Numbered from the stretch's first letter, positions 27,407 through 37,766 are shown. The stretch: 64,000 bases of DNA from Bdellovibrionales bacterium (GCA_023299885.1 JALZUS010000027.1:16021-80020); one strand, 5' to 3'. Numbers and translations: made by a program. The notes: generated from the letters alone by a model not told the origin.

Positions 27407-30214
27407 TTAGAAACTGCCTATAGAGAAATGAAATCTAAATTCTTTTTCTCTGGGCAGAGGCTTAATTTTTTTAGCAATCTCTAAAACAACAGGGCCTACT
27501 GGAGTGTTTAGGTGTAGTCCTATGCCCACGCTATCTCTAAAACTTGGATTTTTAAATCGTGCTTTTTTCTCAGGGTCATTCACTACAAGTTGGCCGATAT
27601 CATAAAAGAAAGCCAGGCTAAATGGGTCTAAAAACTTTAGTGGAAAACGGATTTCAGACTTCCACATATGAAAATAACTTTCTGTATCTACTTCGTCTGT
27701 AGGTTCTCCTCCAGTTACAAGAGGAGGGACTTGTATGTCACTTGGTATTTGTTCAATAGGGTTGGTGCCGCCAAAGCCTCTAATTTTAGACTGTCCATGA
27801 AGCCTAAAAACTCTTGTTCCTGGTACGCTTAGGCGCCCTAAGTTTTTAATATAGCCAGTCCTAAAAGAGTTGGCCCAGGTGAAGAGGCTTGTCCCGAGTA
27901 GTTTTCTTGGGGTGTAGTAAAAGCTATGGCTAAAGTCAGTTTTTAAAAACTGTATGCCAGCTGTCGCGCCTAATGCATCTGGTGCATAGGTTGTGTCCCA
28001 TCTAGTATAAGAGCCTCTAGTGGGTAAAAATTTGTTGTCTCTATAGTCCCATTGTAAAAGTGGACCGAGTTCTACAATTCTTATTTTTTCTTCGTTGGTT
28101 CTATTGCCATCACCATCTGTGCTATATTCCGAAATAGAGTCTAGGCTCCAAAACGTCCATAAAAGATTTAAGTTTTTATTAATCTGTTTTTCTAAAGAAA
28201 GGCTTATACTATTGCTAGCTTCTATTTCAGATATGTCTGTATCCTGAATATAACGTTGTTCATCCAGAGAGCTTACAAGGTTAAGTCTTCCTTTTGTTCC
28301 TGTTCCAAAAACAAAAGGCTCAGTGGCTCCTAAACTCGCTTTATGCTGAAGTATTTTACTTTGATTAATATTAGATCGGAACTCGATTTGCCCAGCAACG
28401 GCTCTAGCTTTGCCAGATAAATTACTATAACTGGCTCCAGCAAAGCCTTTTAATGTCGTTGTAATTTTATCATTGGTATCATCTTGCCATTCAGACCCTA
28501 AGCCAGCTCTAAAAAGTCCAGGCTTTCTTTCTGTTACAGTTACTATAATATCTCTGAGCCCATCATTTCTAATGTCTGGAGCTAATTTAATATTAAGAGA
28601 AGAAAACAGAGAGAGTGAATTAAGATTTTTCCTGGCTAAGGCTATTTTTCTTTTGGTTATAACTTCGCCTTTTATAAGGCCTAAGCTTTTTGTAACAACA
28701 TATTTTTTTGATTTTTTATTGCCAGTAAGTATAAGCTTACCATACTTTGCTATTTTACCTTCATCATACAAAAAATTAAAAGAAGCTTCTGTTCCATCAA
28801 CAGTATAATCTAATAGATTTTTAGAATTGTTAAGTCCTTTGAAGTCTAAAAAGCCTCTTGAATTGTAAAACTGAGCAATAGAGTTCAAATACTTAGAAAT
28901 ATCATTAAGGTTAAGAGTGCTTCCTCGCTTAATAGCAATAGCCTTTGCTAATGTATCTTCTTTAAATGACTCTAGCCCACTAAATTTATAGTCGGCTATT
29001 TTTGTGACTCGTCCTTCTCTTAAAGAGATTTCTATGTCTACAGCACTTTTATCTTTGTTAAAATAAGTTTTTAAAAATTGAATTTTTGCAAATAAGAAGC
29101 CTGAATTATTAAGTGAAGAAATAAGGCTCTTTAATGAGCTTTCTAAATCAGCTTCTACATAAAAACCTTGGTTGTAAGTTCTTGAGTTGCTGAGTGCGAT
29201 TATTTTTTTATAATAGCTTTCCTTTTTGCTAAAAGTTCCTTTAATTTTTACGCTATTAACTTTAGTTCTAGGGCCTTCAATAATTTTAATATAATGATAT
29301 TTTACAAAGTCTTTTGTTTTGCTTTCAGAAGAAGAAATTTTTGTAAAGGGAAAACCTATTGATTTATAGTAACTTATTATATTGGAGTTGATTTGAGAAA
29401 GCACACCACTGTTAATACTATATTTTTTAGACCATAAGTTTTTTCTTATTTCAGGGGTTAAAACACTGGGCTCGTTTTGGAAAGCAAGTCTGTAGTAATA
29501 GGGGTTTGATATTTCTATATTGATAAGATTATTAGAATAGTTAATCTTGTAGGTGGCTTCAGCGTCAAGGTAACGTTCATTTTGTAAAAAACTTGAGATA
29601 GAGCTTTTTAAAGAGTTCACATTGAAGTCATTAAGAGGTTTTTTTATATAAGGTTTGTAAACTATTTTTAATAAGTTTTTGAGCCTTATATTTTTGGTAT
29701 TTATATTAATAGACTGAATACTATTTCTTTTGCCGGGCCTAATAATAATATCAAGCCTGTCTTCATTGGGCACTACTGATACGATTGCTTTGGAGAAACC
29801 CAGTGAGCTCAGTTGAGTTAATGCTTGATACTTTAAATTCTTATGCAGCTTGTCTGTCAGTAAAATAGGTGTAGTGATATCAATACTCTGTTTAAAAACA
29901 GTTAAATCATCTCCTCCAAGTCCTGTTATGTTATAGCTTTCTAGCTTTCTTAGCGGGCGAGCATAAATTACTGAGCCTTCTTTCACATTAATTTTTTCAT
30001 ACTTTTTGGTTTGATACAGATACTTTATAATCTTATCAGCTGTCATTAAGTCAGAGAGGTTGTTTTTAAAGCTAGGATAGGTTTTTTCTATATAAAGACG
30101 GTCTTCATTATAGATATTTAAAAACTGCCAATCAGCAAAAGCAGAAGGGCTTAATACTATTAAAAACAGTAAAGACAGTAACTTAGTCAAATTCAATTTG
30201 ATACTCAACGCCAA
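27407..30214 (-). CDS. Omp85-family outer-membrane protein (BamA/TamA-like) with a long multi-POTRA N-terminal region
   Basis: Signal peptide ..LLSLLFLIVLSPSAFA. About 570 aa of repeated beta-alpha-alpha-beta-beta-like modules precede a C-terminal barrel that ends in the beta-signal FRFHFSIGSF. It lies immediately downstream of the tamB-like gene. The TTG at 30214 or at 30190 could be the start. Confidence 0.85.
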   Translation of the reverse strand: MALSIKLNLTKLLSLLFLIVLSPSAFADWQFLNIYNEDRLYIEKTYPSFKNNLSDLMTADKIIKYLYQTKKYEKINVKEGSVIYARPLRKLESYNITGLGGDDLTVFKQSIDITTPILLTDKLHKNLKYQALTQLSSLGFSKAIVSVVPNEDRLDIIIRPGKRNSIQSININTKNIRLKNLLKIVYKPYIKKPLNDFNVNSLKSSISSFLQNERYLDAEATYKINYSNNLINIEISNPYYYRLAFQNEPSVLTPEIRKNLWSKKYSINSGVLSQINSNIISYYKSIGFPFTKISSSESKTKDFVKYHYIKIIEGPRTKVNSVKIKGTFSKKESYYKKIIALSNSRTYNQGFYVEADLESSLKSLISSLNNSGFLFAKIQFLKTYFNKDKSAVDIEISLREGRVTKIADYKFSGLESFKEDTLAKAIAIKRGSTLNLNDISKYLNSIAQFYNSRGFLDFKGLNNSKNLLDYTVDGTEASFNFLYDEGKIAKYGKLILTGNKKSKKYVVTKSLGLIKGEVITKRKIALARKNLNSLSLFSSLNIKLAPDIRNDGLRDIIVTVTERKPGLFRAGLGSEWQDDTNDKITTTLKGFAGASYSNLSGKARAVAGQIEFRSNINQSKILQHKASLGATEPFVFGTGTKGRLNLVSSLDEQRYIQDTDISEIEASNSISLSLEKQINKNLNLLWTFWSLDSISEYSTDGDGNRTNEEKIRIVELGPLLQWDYRDNKFLPTRGSYTRWDTTYAPDALGATAGIQFLKTDFSHSFYYTPRKLLGTSLFTWANSFRTGYIKNLGRLSVPGTRVFRLHGQSKIRGFGGTNPIEQIPSDIQVPPLVTGGEPTDEVDTESYFHMWKSEIRFPLKFLDPFSLAFFYDIGQLVVNDPEKKARFKNPSFRDSVGIGLHLNTPVGPVVLEIAKKIKPLPREKEFRFHFSIGSF

Positions 30215-33200
30215 CTCCTATTGTGTCCTCTTCGCTTGTAGAATTATTGTCTTGCTGCCTTTCCCATTGGCTAGATAAAGATATTTGATCATTAATCTTG
30301 TATCTTAGCTCCATATCATTTGCTTTGCTAGATCCTTCGGTTTGGCTTGCAGAAACTTCTAAGTTTTCACTAAATTGCTTTTTTATATTGAACTTTGTGG
30401 CGGCAGCATTTTCATCTTCTACGTCAAGTGTAGAAGAAAGGTTAACCTCTAAGCCCGTACGTTTTTTTAAGGCTTTAGTGATGCCAAGTTTAGATTTTAT
30501 GTATTCGGTACCTACTTCATAGCTAGCTTTTAAAGCTTGCTTTCCTGAGTCAATATCTTCATCAAGGTCTTGAGAGGTTACGCCTACAGCTATAAGTGAC
30601 AGGATGTCATCTTCTGAAAGTAAAGGCTGGCTAGAGAATGTAAGGCTCGGGTCTTGAGCTGTGCCAAGGATTTCCATAGATATATTATAAGTCTCATTGA
30701 TCTCATTATCTTGATTTTTTGGAACAACTAATGTTTGTGTTTTAATATTAAGCTGAGGGTCTGTGATATCTTGATTATCGTAATTAATGACAGCTGATAG
30801 AATGTCAAAATTATTTTCTCTAAAAATAAGTTCGCCTGTATTTGTAGAGATTAATTTGCCGGTGGCATTTAATTTTTCTAATTCACCATGTACTTTTAAT
30901 TCTCCCTCCATAGAAACTCTTGTCTGTGAGCCATTGATAATAAGGTTTGTTTCTACGGCACTTTTAGTTTCAATATTAAAATCAAGAAGTAGTGAGGACT
31001 TCTTTTTCTTTTTAACAAATTGAGGTAAATACTTATTAGCTAGTACTATCTCTTGAGATTCTTCTGCTGAATCAAAATTATAATTATAAGCGCCAGATCT
31101 TAAATTATAATGACCACTAAAGAGGTATGGTGATTGGGATCCAGTAATTTGAAGTTCTCCATCACCTTGAGTCGACATGCCCTCTGGGATCTCCATATTC
31201 AAGTCCTTACCTTTTAGCTTTATGTTTATAGGTATTAAAGGTAGGTCTAACTTGAGGTGGCCAGAGCCAATGACTTTCCCCCCTGCAAATTCACTAGAGA
31301 GTGAAGTGATAAAAAACTTATCGTCACGTATTTTAAGCTCTGAATTCAGTTGGCTTACTGAATGGGGTAGGCTTTCAAAGTTAAAAAAGCCATCTTTAAG
31401 ATTTGCATTGCCTCTTACTTGGGGTTTATGAAAAGGGCCCTTAATATCAAAAAATGAAATAAGATGACCTTTAAGGTTTTCTACAAAAGGAAATACGATT
31501 TGCAGTAAAGATAAGCTTAAATTAGATTCAGATTTTATATTTAAATTATTTTTTGAAAGTTCATTAAGTTTTATTTTTAGTATATTTTTTTTATTAGAGA
31601 GGTCTATGCTTTGATTAAGAATGCGGCCTTCCTTTATGGGAAAGGCATAGGATTCATTAGTGGCTAAAGACTCTGTGCCATTATTGAACCTAAATTCTTT
31701 AATATTAAGTAGCCCATCACTATTCCATAAATAATCAGACTTTGAATTAAGCTGTATGTCTGCAGAAAGTGATGAATCATATTCAGTAAGGTGATTGGCT
31801 CCAAGAATTATTTTTAATAAGTGTGTAAAGTTAAAGTCTTTAAGCTTAGCAGAGAAGGTAGCGGACTCAGGATTTGTAAACGGCACATACCATTCTACTT
31901 TATTTTCACCTAAAAATAGACTTTCGCCTGAAGTGAGCTTGTCTGAATATCTAAAACTTACATAGGTAGAATTATAAAATTTTTCATTATAATAAACCTT
32001 TTTAAGCTTTAAATTTACATTATATTCAGGGTTATAGATATAGTTGGAAACAACAACCAAGGGCTCAAGTAAGCCATCAACTCTATAATTTCTATTGTTT
32101 AAAATATCTAAAGATTGAAGCTCTATAGGAGTGCCAGAAAGTGAGGCATTGAGTAAGCCATCTCTTCTTAAATCAATATATCCTTTTAATAGGCTATTTG
32201 CTTTAGTCAAAGTTAGTTCTTGTGAAGTTAAATTGCCATTAATACTGCTGGTTTTTAACTTTAAATTATCAAAGTTTTCTTCGCCAACAAATAAATTATA
32301 AAATTTTGCATCTAATTTATGGTTTAGTTTATTTATTTTTATGGGGCCATTAATATTTATATTAAACTGACCGTAGCCACTTACTTTAACGGGCAGTTTG
32401 AGGTGGTTTGATATGCTGTAGAATAAATCCTGCACTTGAGCTTTTTTTGATTTAGCTTCTAACTGAACGGAGTTATTGTTAAGGTCAATCGAGATATTAC
32501 TATTAAAGCTAGAGTCACGGAGCTTGGTCTTAACGTTTTTCAGATCTAAAATATTTTTATCATAAGTAAGGTCAAAGCCAGAGTTACCTAATATGAAGTT
32601 ATCAAGCATGAAATTAGCTGACTGAGCTTTCATAGAAAGCTGACCTCTGTGAGTGTCGCCAACAAAATGACCTTTGCCAGCCAAAGAGCCTTTCATTTTA
32701 AGGTTGGCTAGGTTTCGGAAGGAGTCCTCTATAGAGTCAATTTGAGTATCAAATTTTAAATCGTAGCCTTTTTTGAAATCAACAAAGCCTGAAATTTCTG
32801 CTTTAGCCTTTTCCATACTTAGCTGAGTATTAACTTGAACACCTTTTTTAGTGAGCGTTAAGTCGAATAGGTTTTTAATATCAAAAGACTGAAAGAGGCT
32901 GTTTCTGATAGGCTCGCGGAAAACTAAATCTAAATGGTCTGTATGTGACTGACCTTTGCATCCTATATATATCGGTTTGAGGTGGCCTGAGCATGTAAGT
33001 GACCCTTTGGACCTCATATGCATAGGAACACCTCTAATATTTAAGTTCTTTAAATACTGCTGGAGTTCAAAATCATTAATATTAATTTTGCTAGAAACAT
33101 TAAGCTTAGAGTTAAGTTGTAAACTTAACTCATTAAAATCAATATTGGCTCCAGGGGCTAATACATTTAAATTTTTAGTCTTAATTTGATTGCCAATACC

Positions 33201-34154
33201 AGTAATTTGAGTGCTTACTTGCCCTAAATGATACTGATCAATGGAAAGTCCACTACTGTTAACAGAGCCATTGTATGAGATCTTTTTATTGTTTTCTTTA
33301 TTAACCTGAATTTCAGCTTTTATCAGCCCTTCTGCAGCATTGAAAGGCGTGAGGCTAGGAACTAATTCTTTAAAATCACTAAGGTCAGCAGAGCTTCTCA
33401 TATTTAAATTAATTTTTTGATATTTAAAACTATTCATGTCTCCATTAACGCTGCCTTTTACTTCAATAAATGAATTATTTTTATTTGTTGAGAAACTTTT
33501 AACTTCTAGCTTTTGTTGTGAAAGTAAAAAAGCTATTTTTAATGATGCTTCATCTAATATGTATTTTTCAGATAAAACACCGAATGAATCGGCTTTGATT
33601 TTTGCATTAATAGATTTCTGGTCTTTATTCTGAAAAATTAAATCAGCATTTTTAATAACAGATTTATTGGTTCCGTCTTGCATGTAAGCTGTTGCCTTTA
33701 GGAGTGAGAGCTTTTGTATTGGCAGTTTAAGTAGCTCTTGAATCCAAAGAGAAGGGCTTGTACCTTTTTTGTTGGCTTTTTTATTTTTATGTTTGTAGGA
33801 GAGAGTGAGCCCAGAGATTTTAAGGTGACTTATTTTAATTTTACCAGCTAAAAGATAAAATGGGTTTATAGTAATGCTCACTTTTTTTGCTGGGCTTAAG
33901 TGAACTTGGTTTTTTAAAGGGCCATTGAGTTTCAGGCTTATATTTTTAAAACTAGCTCCCAAAGGAACAAAGCTATAATTGATATTTTCTGGGTCTATAG
34001 TTACAGGTGAGTTGAGTTGTGATTGTGCAAGTATAACATTATGTAGTGTTTTTTTAGAAAACTGAAGACAGAAAGCTAATAATGCGCCAGCTATAAAAAA
34101 CAAGAAGTAAAAAAACAAGAATTTGTAAGTAAACACTTTGCTGGATAATTTCAT
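30183..34154 (-). CDS. tamB: TamB-like translocation and assembly module protein (AsmA-like, DUF490-type C-terminus)
   Basis: 1323 aa. Single N-terminal anchor FLFFYFLFFIAGALLAFCLQF, then a long beta-rich repetitive body. The C-terminal segment SEDDILSLIAVGVTSQDL ... resembles the TamB/DUF490 end. Paired with an Omp85 gene. Confidence 0.8.
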   Translation of the reverse strand: MKLSSKVFTYKFLFFYFLFFIAGALLAFCLQFSKKTLHNVILAQSQLNSPVTIDPENINYSFVPLGASFKNISLKLNGPLKNQVHLSPAKKVSITINPFYLLAGKIKISHLKISGLTLSYKHKNKKANKKGTSPSLWIQELLKLPIQKLSLLKATAYMQDGTNKSVIKNADLIFQNKDQKSINAKIKADSFGVLSEKYILDEASLKIAFLLSQQKLEVKSFSTNKNNSFIEVKGSVNGDMNSFKYQKINLNMRSSADLSDFKELVPSLTPFNAAEGLIKAEIQVNKENNKKISYNGSVNSSGLSIDQYHLGQVSTQITGIGNQIKTKNLNVLAPGANIDFNELSLQLNSKLNVSSKININDFELQQYLKNLNIRGVPMHMRSKGSLTCSGHLKPIYIGCKGQSHTDHLDLVFREPIRNSLFQSFDIKNLFDLTLTKKGVQVNTQLSMEKAKAEISGFVDFKKGYDLKFDTQIDSIEDSFRNLANLKMKGSLAGKGHFVGDTHRGQLSMKAQSANFMLDNFILGNSGFDLTYDKNILDLKNVKTKLRDSSFNSNISIDLNNNSVQLEAKSKKAQVQDLFYSISNHLKLPVKVSGYGQFNININGPIKINKLNHKLDAKFYNLFVGEENFDNLKLKTSSINGNLTSQELTLTKANSLLKGYIDLRRDGLLNASLSGTPIELQSLDILNNRNYRVDGLLEPLVVVSNYIYNPEYNVNLKLKKVYYNEKFYNSTYVSFRYSDKLTSGESLFLGENKVEWYVPFTNPESATFSAKLKDFNFTHLLKIILGANHLTEYDSSLSADIQLNSKSDYLWNSDGLLNIKEFRFNNGTESLATNESYAFPIKEGRILNQSIDLSNKKNILKIKLNELSKNNLNIKSESNLSLSLLQIVFPFVENLKGHLISFFDIKGPFHKPQVRGNANLKDGFFNFESLPHSVSQLNSELKIRDDKFFITSLSSEFAGGKVIGSGHLKLDLPLIPINIKLKGKDLNMEIPEGMSTQGDGELQITGSQSPYLFSGHYNLRSGAYNYNFDSAEESQEIVLANKYLPQFVKKKKKSSLLLDFNIETKSAVETNLIINGSQTRVSMEGELKVHGELEKLNATGKLISTNTGELIFRENNFDILSAVINYDNQDITDPQLNIKTQTLVVPKNQDNEINETYNISMEILGTAQDPSLTFSSQPLLSEDDILSLIAVGVTSQDLDEDIDSGKQALKASYEVGTEYIKSKLGITKALKKRTGLEVNLSSTLDVEDENAAATKFNIKKQFSENLEVSASQTEGSSKANDMELRYKINDQISLSSQWERQQDNNSTSEEDTIGVGVEYQIEFD

Positions 34155-35204
34155 TTAATAGCCAGCCTTTGGATTATGACTTCTGTTTTTTAGGCTTGCA
34201 GCTGAGCGATAAAAAGGGTCTATGCTAAGAAGTGTATCAAGAGCTCTGATAGCCTGCTGCACTTTACCAACACCTAGCAAAATTCTTGCTTGGGCATAAA
34301 GTATAGCCAACTGTAGGTCTTTATCTTCTTTAAAATCTTGTTTTTTGCTTTTAATAAGTTCATTAGCTTCTAAAAATTTTTCAAGCTCTAAAAGGCATTC
34401 TATTTGTATCCATGTTTTAACAGAGTCTTCTGGATGGTGTTGTATGGCCTGATAGGCTTCTTCAAAGCCATCAATCATGATAAATAAAACAGTAATATCT
34501 TTATGGGAGGCTGAGTTAGGAGTTTTTTCAAGAAGTGCAGTGAGCCACTGTTTTTTTAAAGCCAAATCATCACTGTCTTCTTTGATCTCGAGGCTAAATG
34601 TTTCTTTTTTTACATAAGGAGGTTTGTTTTTCTTAACAACTTCTCTAGCCCAATCTTCTTTATAAGAGTCCGTATATTTTTTAATATCATCTTTGGCTTC
34701 AGGGTAAATCCTATTGAATTTATCAATAGCGTCGTTGAGGTCTGATAAAAGCTGTTCGTTATAGAAAAATTCTATTTTACTAAGTAAGCGCTCTTTTTTT
34801 TCTAGCCATTTTTTTTCTTTATAACGATAAAGTCTTTGTGTGCGTTCTGCCCATTTAGAGTCTATATTTTTTAAGCTTGGGTGAAGCAATAAAGAAGGGC
34901 TTTGTTTGCACTCTTTAGACCCTTCATAAAGTAATTCAATAATGCTTTCAGGAAGGCTGATATTTTGCCTGTTGAAAATCTCAATAAAATGAGGCCAAGG
35001 TATTTTTGATTTTTCTTTAAAGCGTACGGAATACTGCATAAAGGCTGATTTTAGAAACCCTGATCGAATTAAAAACTGAGTAGCTATTTCTATATTTTTT
35101 TGAGAAATATTCTTTTCAGTTATTTTTTCTAATAAACTCATAGCTAAGACCTTTGTTTCGGTCCCAGCCTTGAGTTTGTTCTGAATATAAAGCTCTAAAT
35201 GCAC
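34155..35204 (-). CDS. hypothetical all-helical cytoplasmic protein with a TPR-like C-terminus
   Basis: ORF of 349 aa with a GTG start at 35204; the alternative ATG at 35141 has an AAAGG upstream. Its stop TAA abuts the tamB-like ATG (TAAATG). No signal peptide and no motif I recognise. Confidence 0.7.
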   Translation of the reverse strand: MHLELYIQNKLKAGTETKVLAMSLLEKITEKNISQKNIEIATQFLIRSGFLKSAFMQYSVRFKEKSKIPWPHFIEIFNRQNISLPESIIELLYEGSKECKQSPSLLLHPSLKNIDSKWAERTQRLYRYKEKKWLEKKERLLSKIEFFYNEQLLSDLNDAIDKFNRIYPEAKDDIKKYTDSYKEDWAREVVKKNKPPYVKKETFSLEIKEDSDDLALKKQWLTALLEKTPNSASHKDITVLFIMIDGFEEAYQAIQHHPEDSVKTWIQIECLLELEKFLEANELIKSKKQDFKEDKDLQLAILYAQARILLGVGKVQQAIRALDTLLSIDPFYRSAASLKNRSHNPKAGY

Positions 35205-35210
35205 GATTAA

Positions 35211-35774
35211 TTACTTGTTAATTCTTTCTATATATTCACAGCTATCAGTATTAATTTTTAAAAGATCGCCTTCTTTTATATGTAAAGGAACTTGAACAAC
35301 AGCACCTGTTTCCAAGGTGGCTGGTTTAAAAGTATTACTCACTGTATTGCCTTTAAACCCAGGGTCTGTTTGTGTTACTTTAAGCTCTACAGAGTTAGGG
35401 AGCTCTATGCTGACGGCACGCTCATTAAAAAGACATATTTTTACAGTCATATTTTCAGTGAGATAGTTAACCTGCTGGCCAATGATATCATCGTTGATAC
35501 AAATTTGTTCGTAGTTTGTCTGGTTCATAAAGTTGAAGCCAGAGTCATCTTTGTATAAAAAGCTCATGTCAGAGTATTCAACATCAGGCACACCAAATTT
35601 TTCGCCAGACTTAAATGTCCTATCCAAATTACTGCCAGTAACAAGGTTTCTAAGTTTAGTTCTTACAAACTGATTTCCTTTTCCGGGCTTAACAAGTTGA
35701 AAGTCGACAATGGTATATGGCTCATTATCAATAAGTAGTTTAAGTCCTTTTTTAAAATCACTAGTGTTATGCAT
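35211..35774 (-). CDS. efp: elongation factor P
   Basis: 187 aa. VKPGKGNQFVRTKLRNL contains the conserved modified Lys loop. Three-domain length. Confidence 0.95.
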   Translation of the reverse strand: MHNTSDFKKGLKLLIDNEPYTIVDFQLVKPGKGNQFVRTKLRNLVTGSNLDRTFKSGEKFGVPDVEYSDMSFLYKDDSGFNFMNQTNYEQICINDDIIGQQVNYLTENMTVKICLFNERAVSIELPNSVELKVTQTDPGFKGNTVSNTFKPATLETGAVVQVPLHIKEGDLLKINTDSCEYIERINK

Positions 35775-35795
35775 AGGTGTCCTTTACTGTAAGCT

Positions 35796-36575
35796 TTATA
35801 ATTCACTTTTTTTATTATGTTGGATATTCATTAAAATTTTTCTCAAAAACTCAATGTTATGCTGTGCTTCTGTTTTTTCTGTAGGTATTTCAGAGTTCAT
35901 AGCGACTTCAGGCTCAGGGTCTTCTTCTTGATTTATAAGCCAATCTCTTCTGCCTACAAGGTCTTGAAGGGGGCCTAGTTCTATTATTGCTTTATTTAAG
36001 CATTCTAAAGCTTTTTGAGGTTGTGACCTGGCGTAGTAGGCATCAGCTAAAGATAAAGCCCTGTGTGTATCGTAATTGGTAATTTCTTCTATAGGAGTTT
36101 CTATGGTTTTAGTTTTACTAAATTCTTTAAGTTGAAAATCGCTTTCTGAGTAGTCAGAGGCTGTTAAGCTTTCTAACTTTTTGACAGCTGCTTGTGCGTT
36201 TTTATTTTGAGGATTTAAAAAAAGTAAAACTTTGTAACACTTAAGAGCTTCATTGAGTTGTGATTCTTTAATGTATGCTTCTGCTAATAAACTTTGTGCT
36301 AAAATATTTTCTGGAGCCAGTTCTGTTGCTTTTTTAAGTTGTGGTATGGCTTTATAGCTTTCTTTCATTGCAATGAGACAGCGCCCCAAGGCAACGCGGC
36401 CACTTACAAACTCTGGATAAAGATGAACTCCATCTAGAGCTACCTTATGAGCCTGATCTAAGAGACCCATTTTTCTATAGGCCTCAGCCAGTGGGGCAAA
36501 GACTTTTGATTCAGGGTCTTTTTGATGCATAAGCTGATATTTTTCAATCAGTTCTGGGTCTACTATATTTGACAT
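35796..36575 (-). CDS. tetratricopeptide (TPR) repeat protein
   Basis: 259 aa. Repeated A..Y...G....A...... units (LAEAYRKMGLLDQAHKV, LGRCLIAMKESYKAIPQLKKA, LAEAYIKESQLNEALKCYK, LADAYYARSQPQKALECL). Confidence 0.8.
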   Translation of the reverse strand: MSNIVDPELIEKYQLMHQKDPESKVFAPLAEAYRKMGLLDQAHKVALDGVHLYPEFVSGRVALGRCLIAMKESYKAIPQLKKATELAPENILAQSLLAEAYIKESQLNEALKCYKVLLFLNPQNKNAQAAVKKLESLTASDYSESDFQLKEFSKTKTIETPIEEITNYDTHRALSLADAYYARSQPQKALECLNKAIIELGPLQDLVGRRDWLINQEEDPEPEVAMNSEIPTEKTEAQHNIEFLRKILMNIQHNKKSEL

Positions 36576-36690
36576 ATAAAAATTGTCTCACTCTCTGTGT
36601 CTCCGTTCAATACGTGCAAGAATGCGAAAAACAGATAAAATTCATAGATTTAGCTCGACTTCTAAAACAAGTTCTGAATAGAATATACAT

Positions 36691-37191
36691 GTGATTATTT
36701 TAGGTTTAGATCCTGGAGGATCCTATACAGGTTATGGGGTTATAGAAGTGTCAGAGTACTCTGAGCCAAAGCATATTGCTCATGGAGTCATCACTTTAAC
36801 TAAAAAAAAGAGTTTAAGCTCAAAGTTGTTAAAGTTAAGTGAAGAGCTTGGCCAATTAATGAGCATGTATTCACCATCTGAAGTTGCTATTGAGAGAATC
36901 TTTTTAGGTAAAAATGCGGACAGTGCATTTAAACTTGGCCATGTCAGAGGTGTATGTATGATGGAGGCCGAGCGTATCGGGGCTAGTATTTCTGAATATG
37001 CTCCAAAAAAAATAAAAAAAATTGTGACAGGTTCTGGATCAGCCGATAAAGAGCAGGTCCGATGGATGGTGCTTCATTTATTAAACCAGCAATCTGTTGA
37101 AAAAGATGATGCTACTGATGCTTTGGCTATAGCTGTATGCCACTCAAGGCAAAGGCAGGCTGCAGCTACATTAAGGGAATTAAATAAATGA
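36691..37191 (+). CDS. ruvC: crossover junction endodeoxyribonuclease RuvC
   Basis: GTG start. MIILGLDPG (catalytic Asp), AIERIF, and DATDALAIAVCH at the C-terminus. Confidence 0.93.
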   Translation: MIILGLDPGGSYTGYGVIEVSEYSEPKHIAHGVITLTKKKSLSSKLLKLSEELGQLMSMYSPSEVAIERIFLGKNADSAFKLGHVRGVCMMEAERIGASISEYAPKKIKKIVTGSGSADKEQVRWMVLHLLNQQSVEKDDATDALAIAVCHSRQRQAAATLRELNK

Positions 37192-37763
37192 TATCAATGT
37201 TAAGAGGTCAGTTAATTGAAGAAACCATAGATTCATTGGTTTTAGATGTAAGAGGCGTAGGCTATGAGCTTACATGCTCAGCAACAAGTATAGCTGCTGT
37301 TTCTGGTAAAGAAGTAGTTCAGCTTTGGGTTCATACTCATGTAAGGGAAGATCAGATTTCACTATTTGGTTTTTCTAACCCCAGCGAAAAGAAGTTCTTT
37401 TTGTCATTAATAAAAGTAAATGGAATAGGGCCTAAGATGGCTGTACAGGTTTTATCAGCAGCACCTTATGATAAAATTTTAAAAATGATTGATGAAGGTG
37501 ATGTTAAAGCACTTGTTGCCCTTCCTAAAATAGGAAAGAAAAAGGCAGAGCAAATTGTGCTTACACTAAAAGGACAACTTGTTTTTGCTGACAATAATGA
37601 AGTCGGCTCTTCTTTTGTAGCTAGGGCTGATATTGTGTCAGCATTAGTTAATTTAGGTTTCAGATTAACAGATGTAGAAAAAACAGTAGATCAGATGCCT
37701 AAAGAAACGGATCTGCAAGCTGGCGTAAGGCAAGGTCTTGCCGCTTTAACAGCAGGGCTATAA
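37188..37763 (+). CDS. ruvA: Holliday junction branch migration complex subunit RuvA
   Basis: MISMLRGQL..GVGYEL.., HhH region LIKVNGIGPKMA and LPKIGKKKAEQIVL. ATGA overlap with ruvC. Confidence 0.93.
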   Translation: MISMLRGQLIEETIDSLVLDVRGVGYELTCSATSIAAVSGKEVVQLWVHTHVREDQISLFGFSNPSEKKFFLSLIKVNGIGPKMAVQVLSAAPYDKILKMIDEGDVKALVALPKIGKKKAEQIVLTLKGQLVFADNNEVGSSFVARADIVSALVNLGFRLTDVEKTVDQMPKETDLQAGVRQGLAALTAGL

Positions 37764-37766
37764 GAT

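Noticed and set aside
30298-33633. Five plus-strand ORFs of 65-84 aa inside the tamB-like gene (30298, 30787, 31177, 32956, 33436)
   Set aside because: All are antisense to a continuous 1323-aa ORF. They are short and of low complexity, with no SD or motif support.
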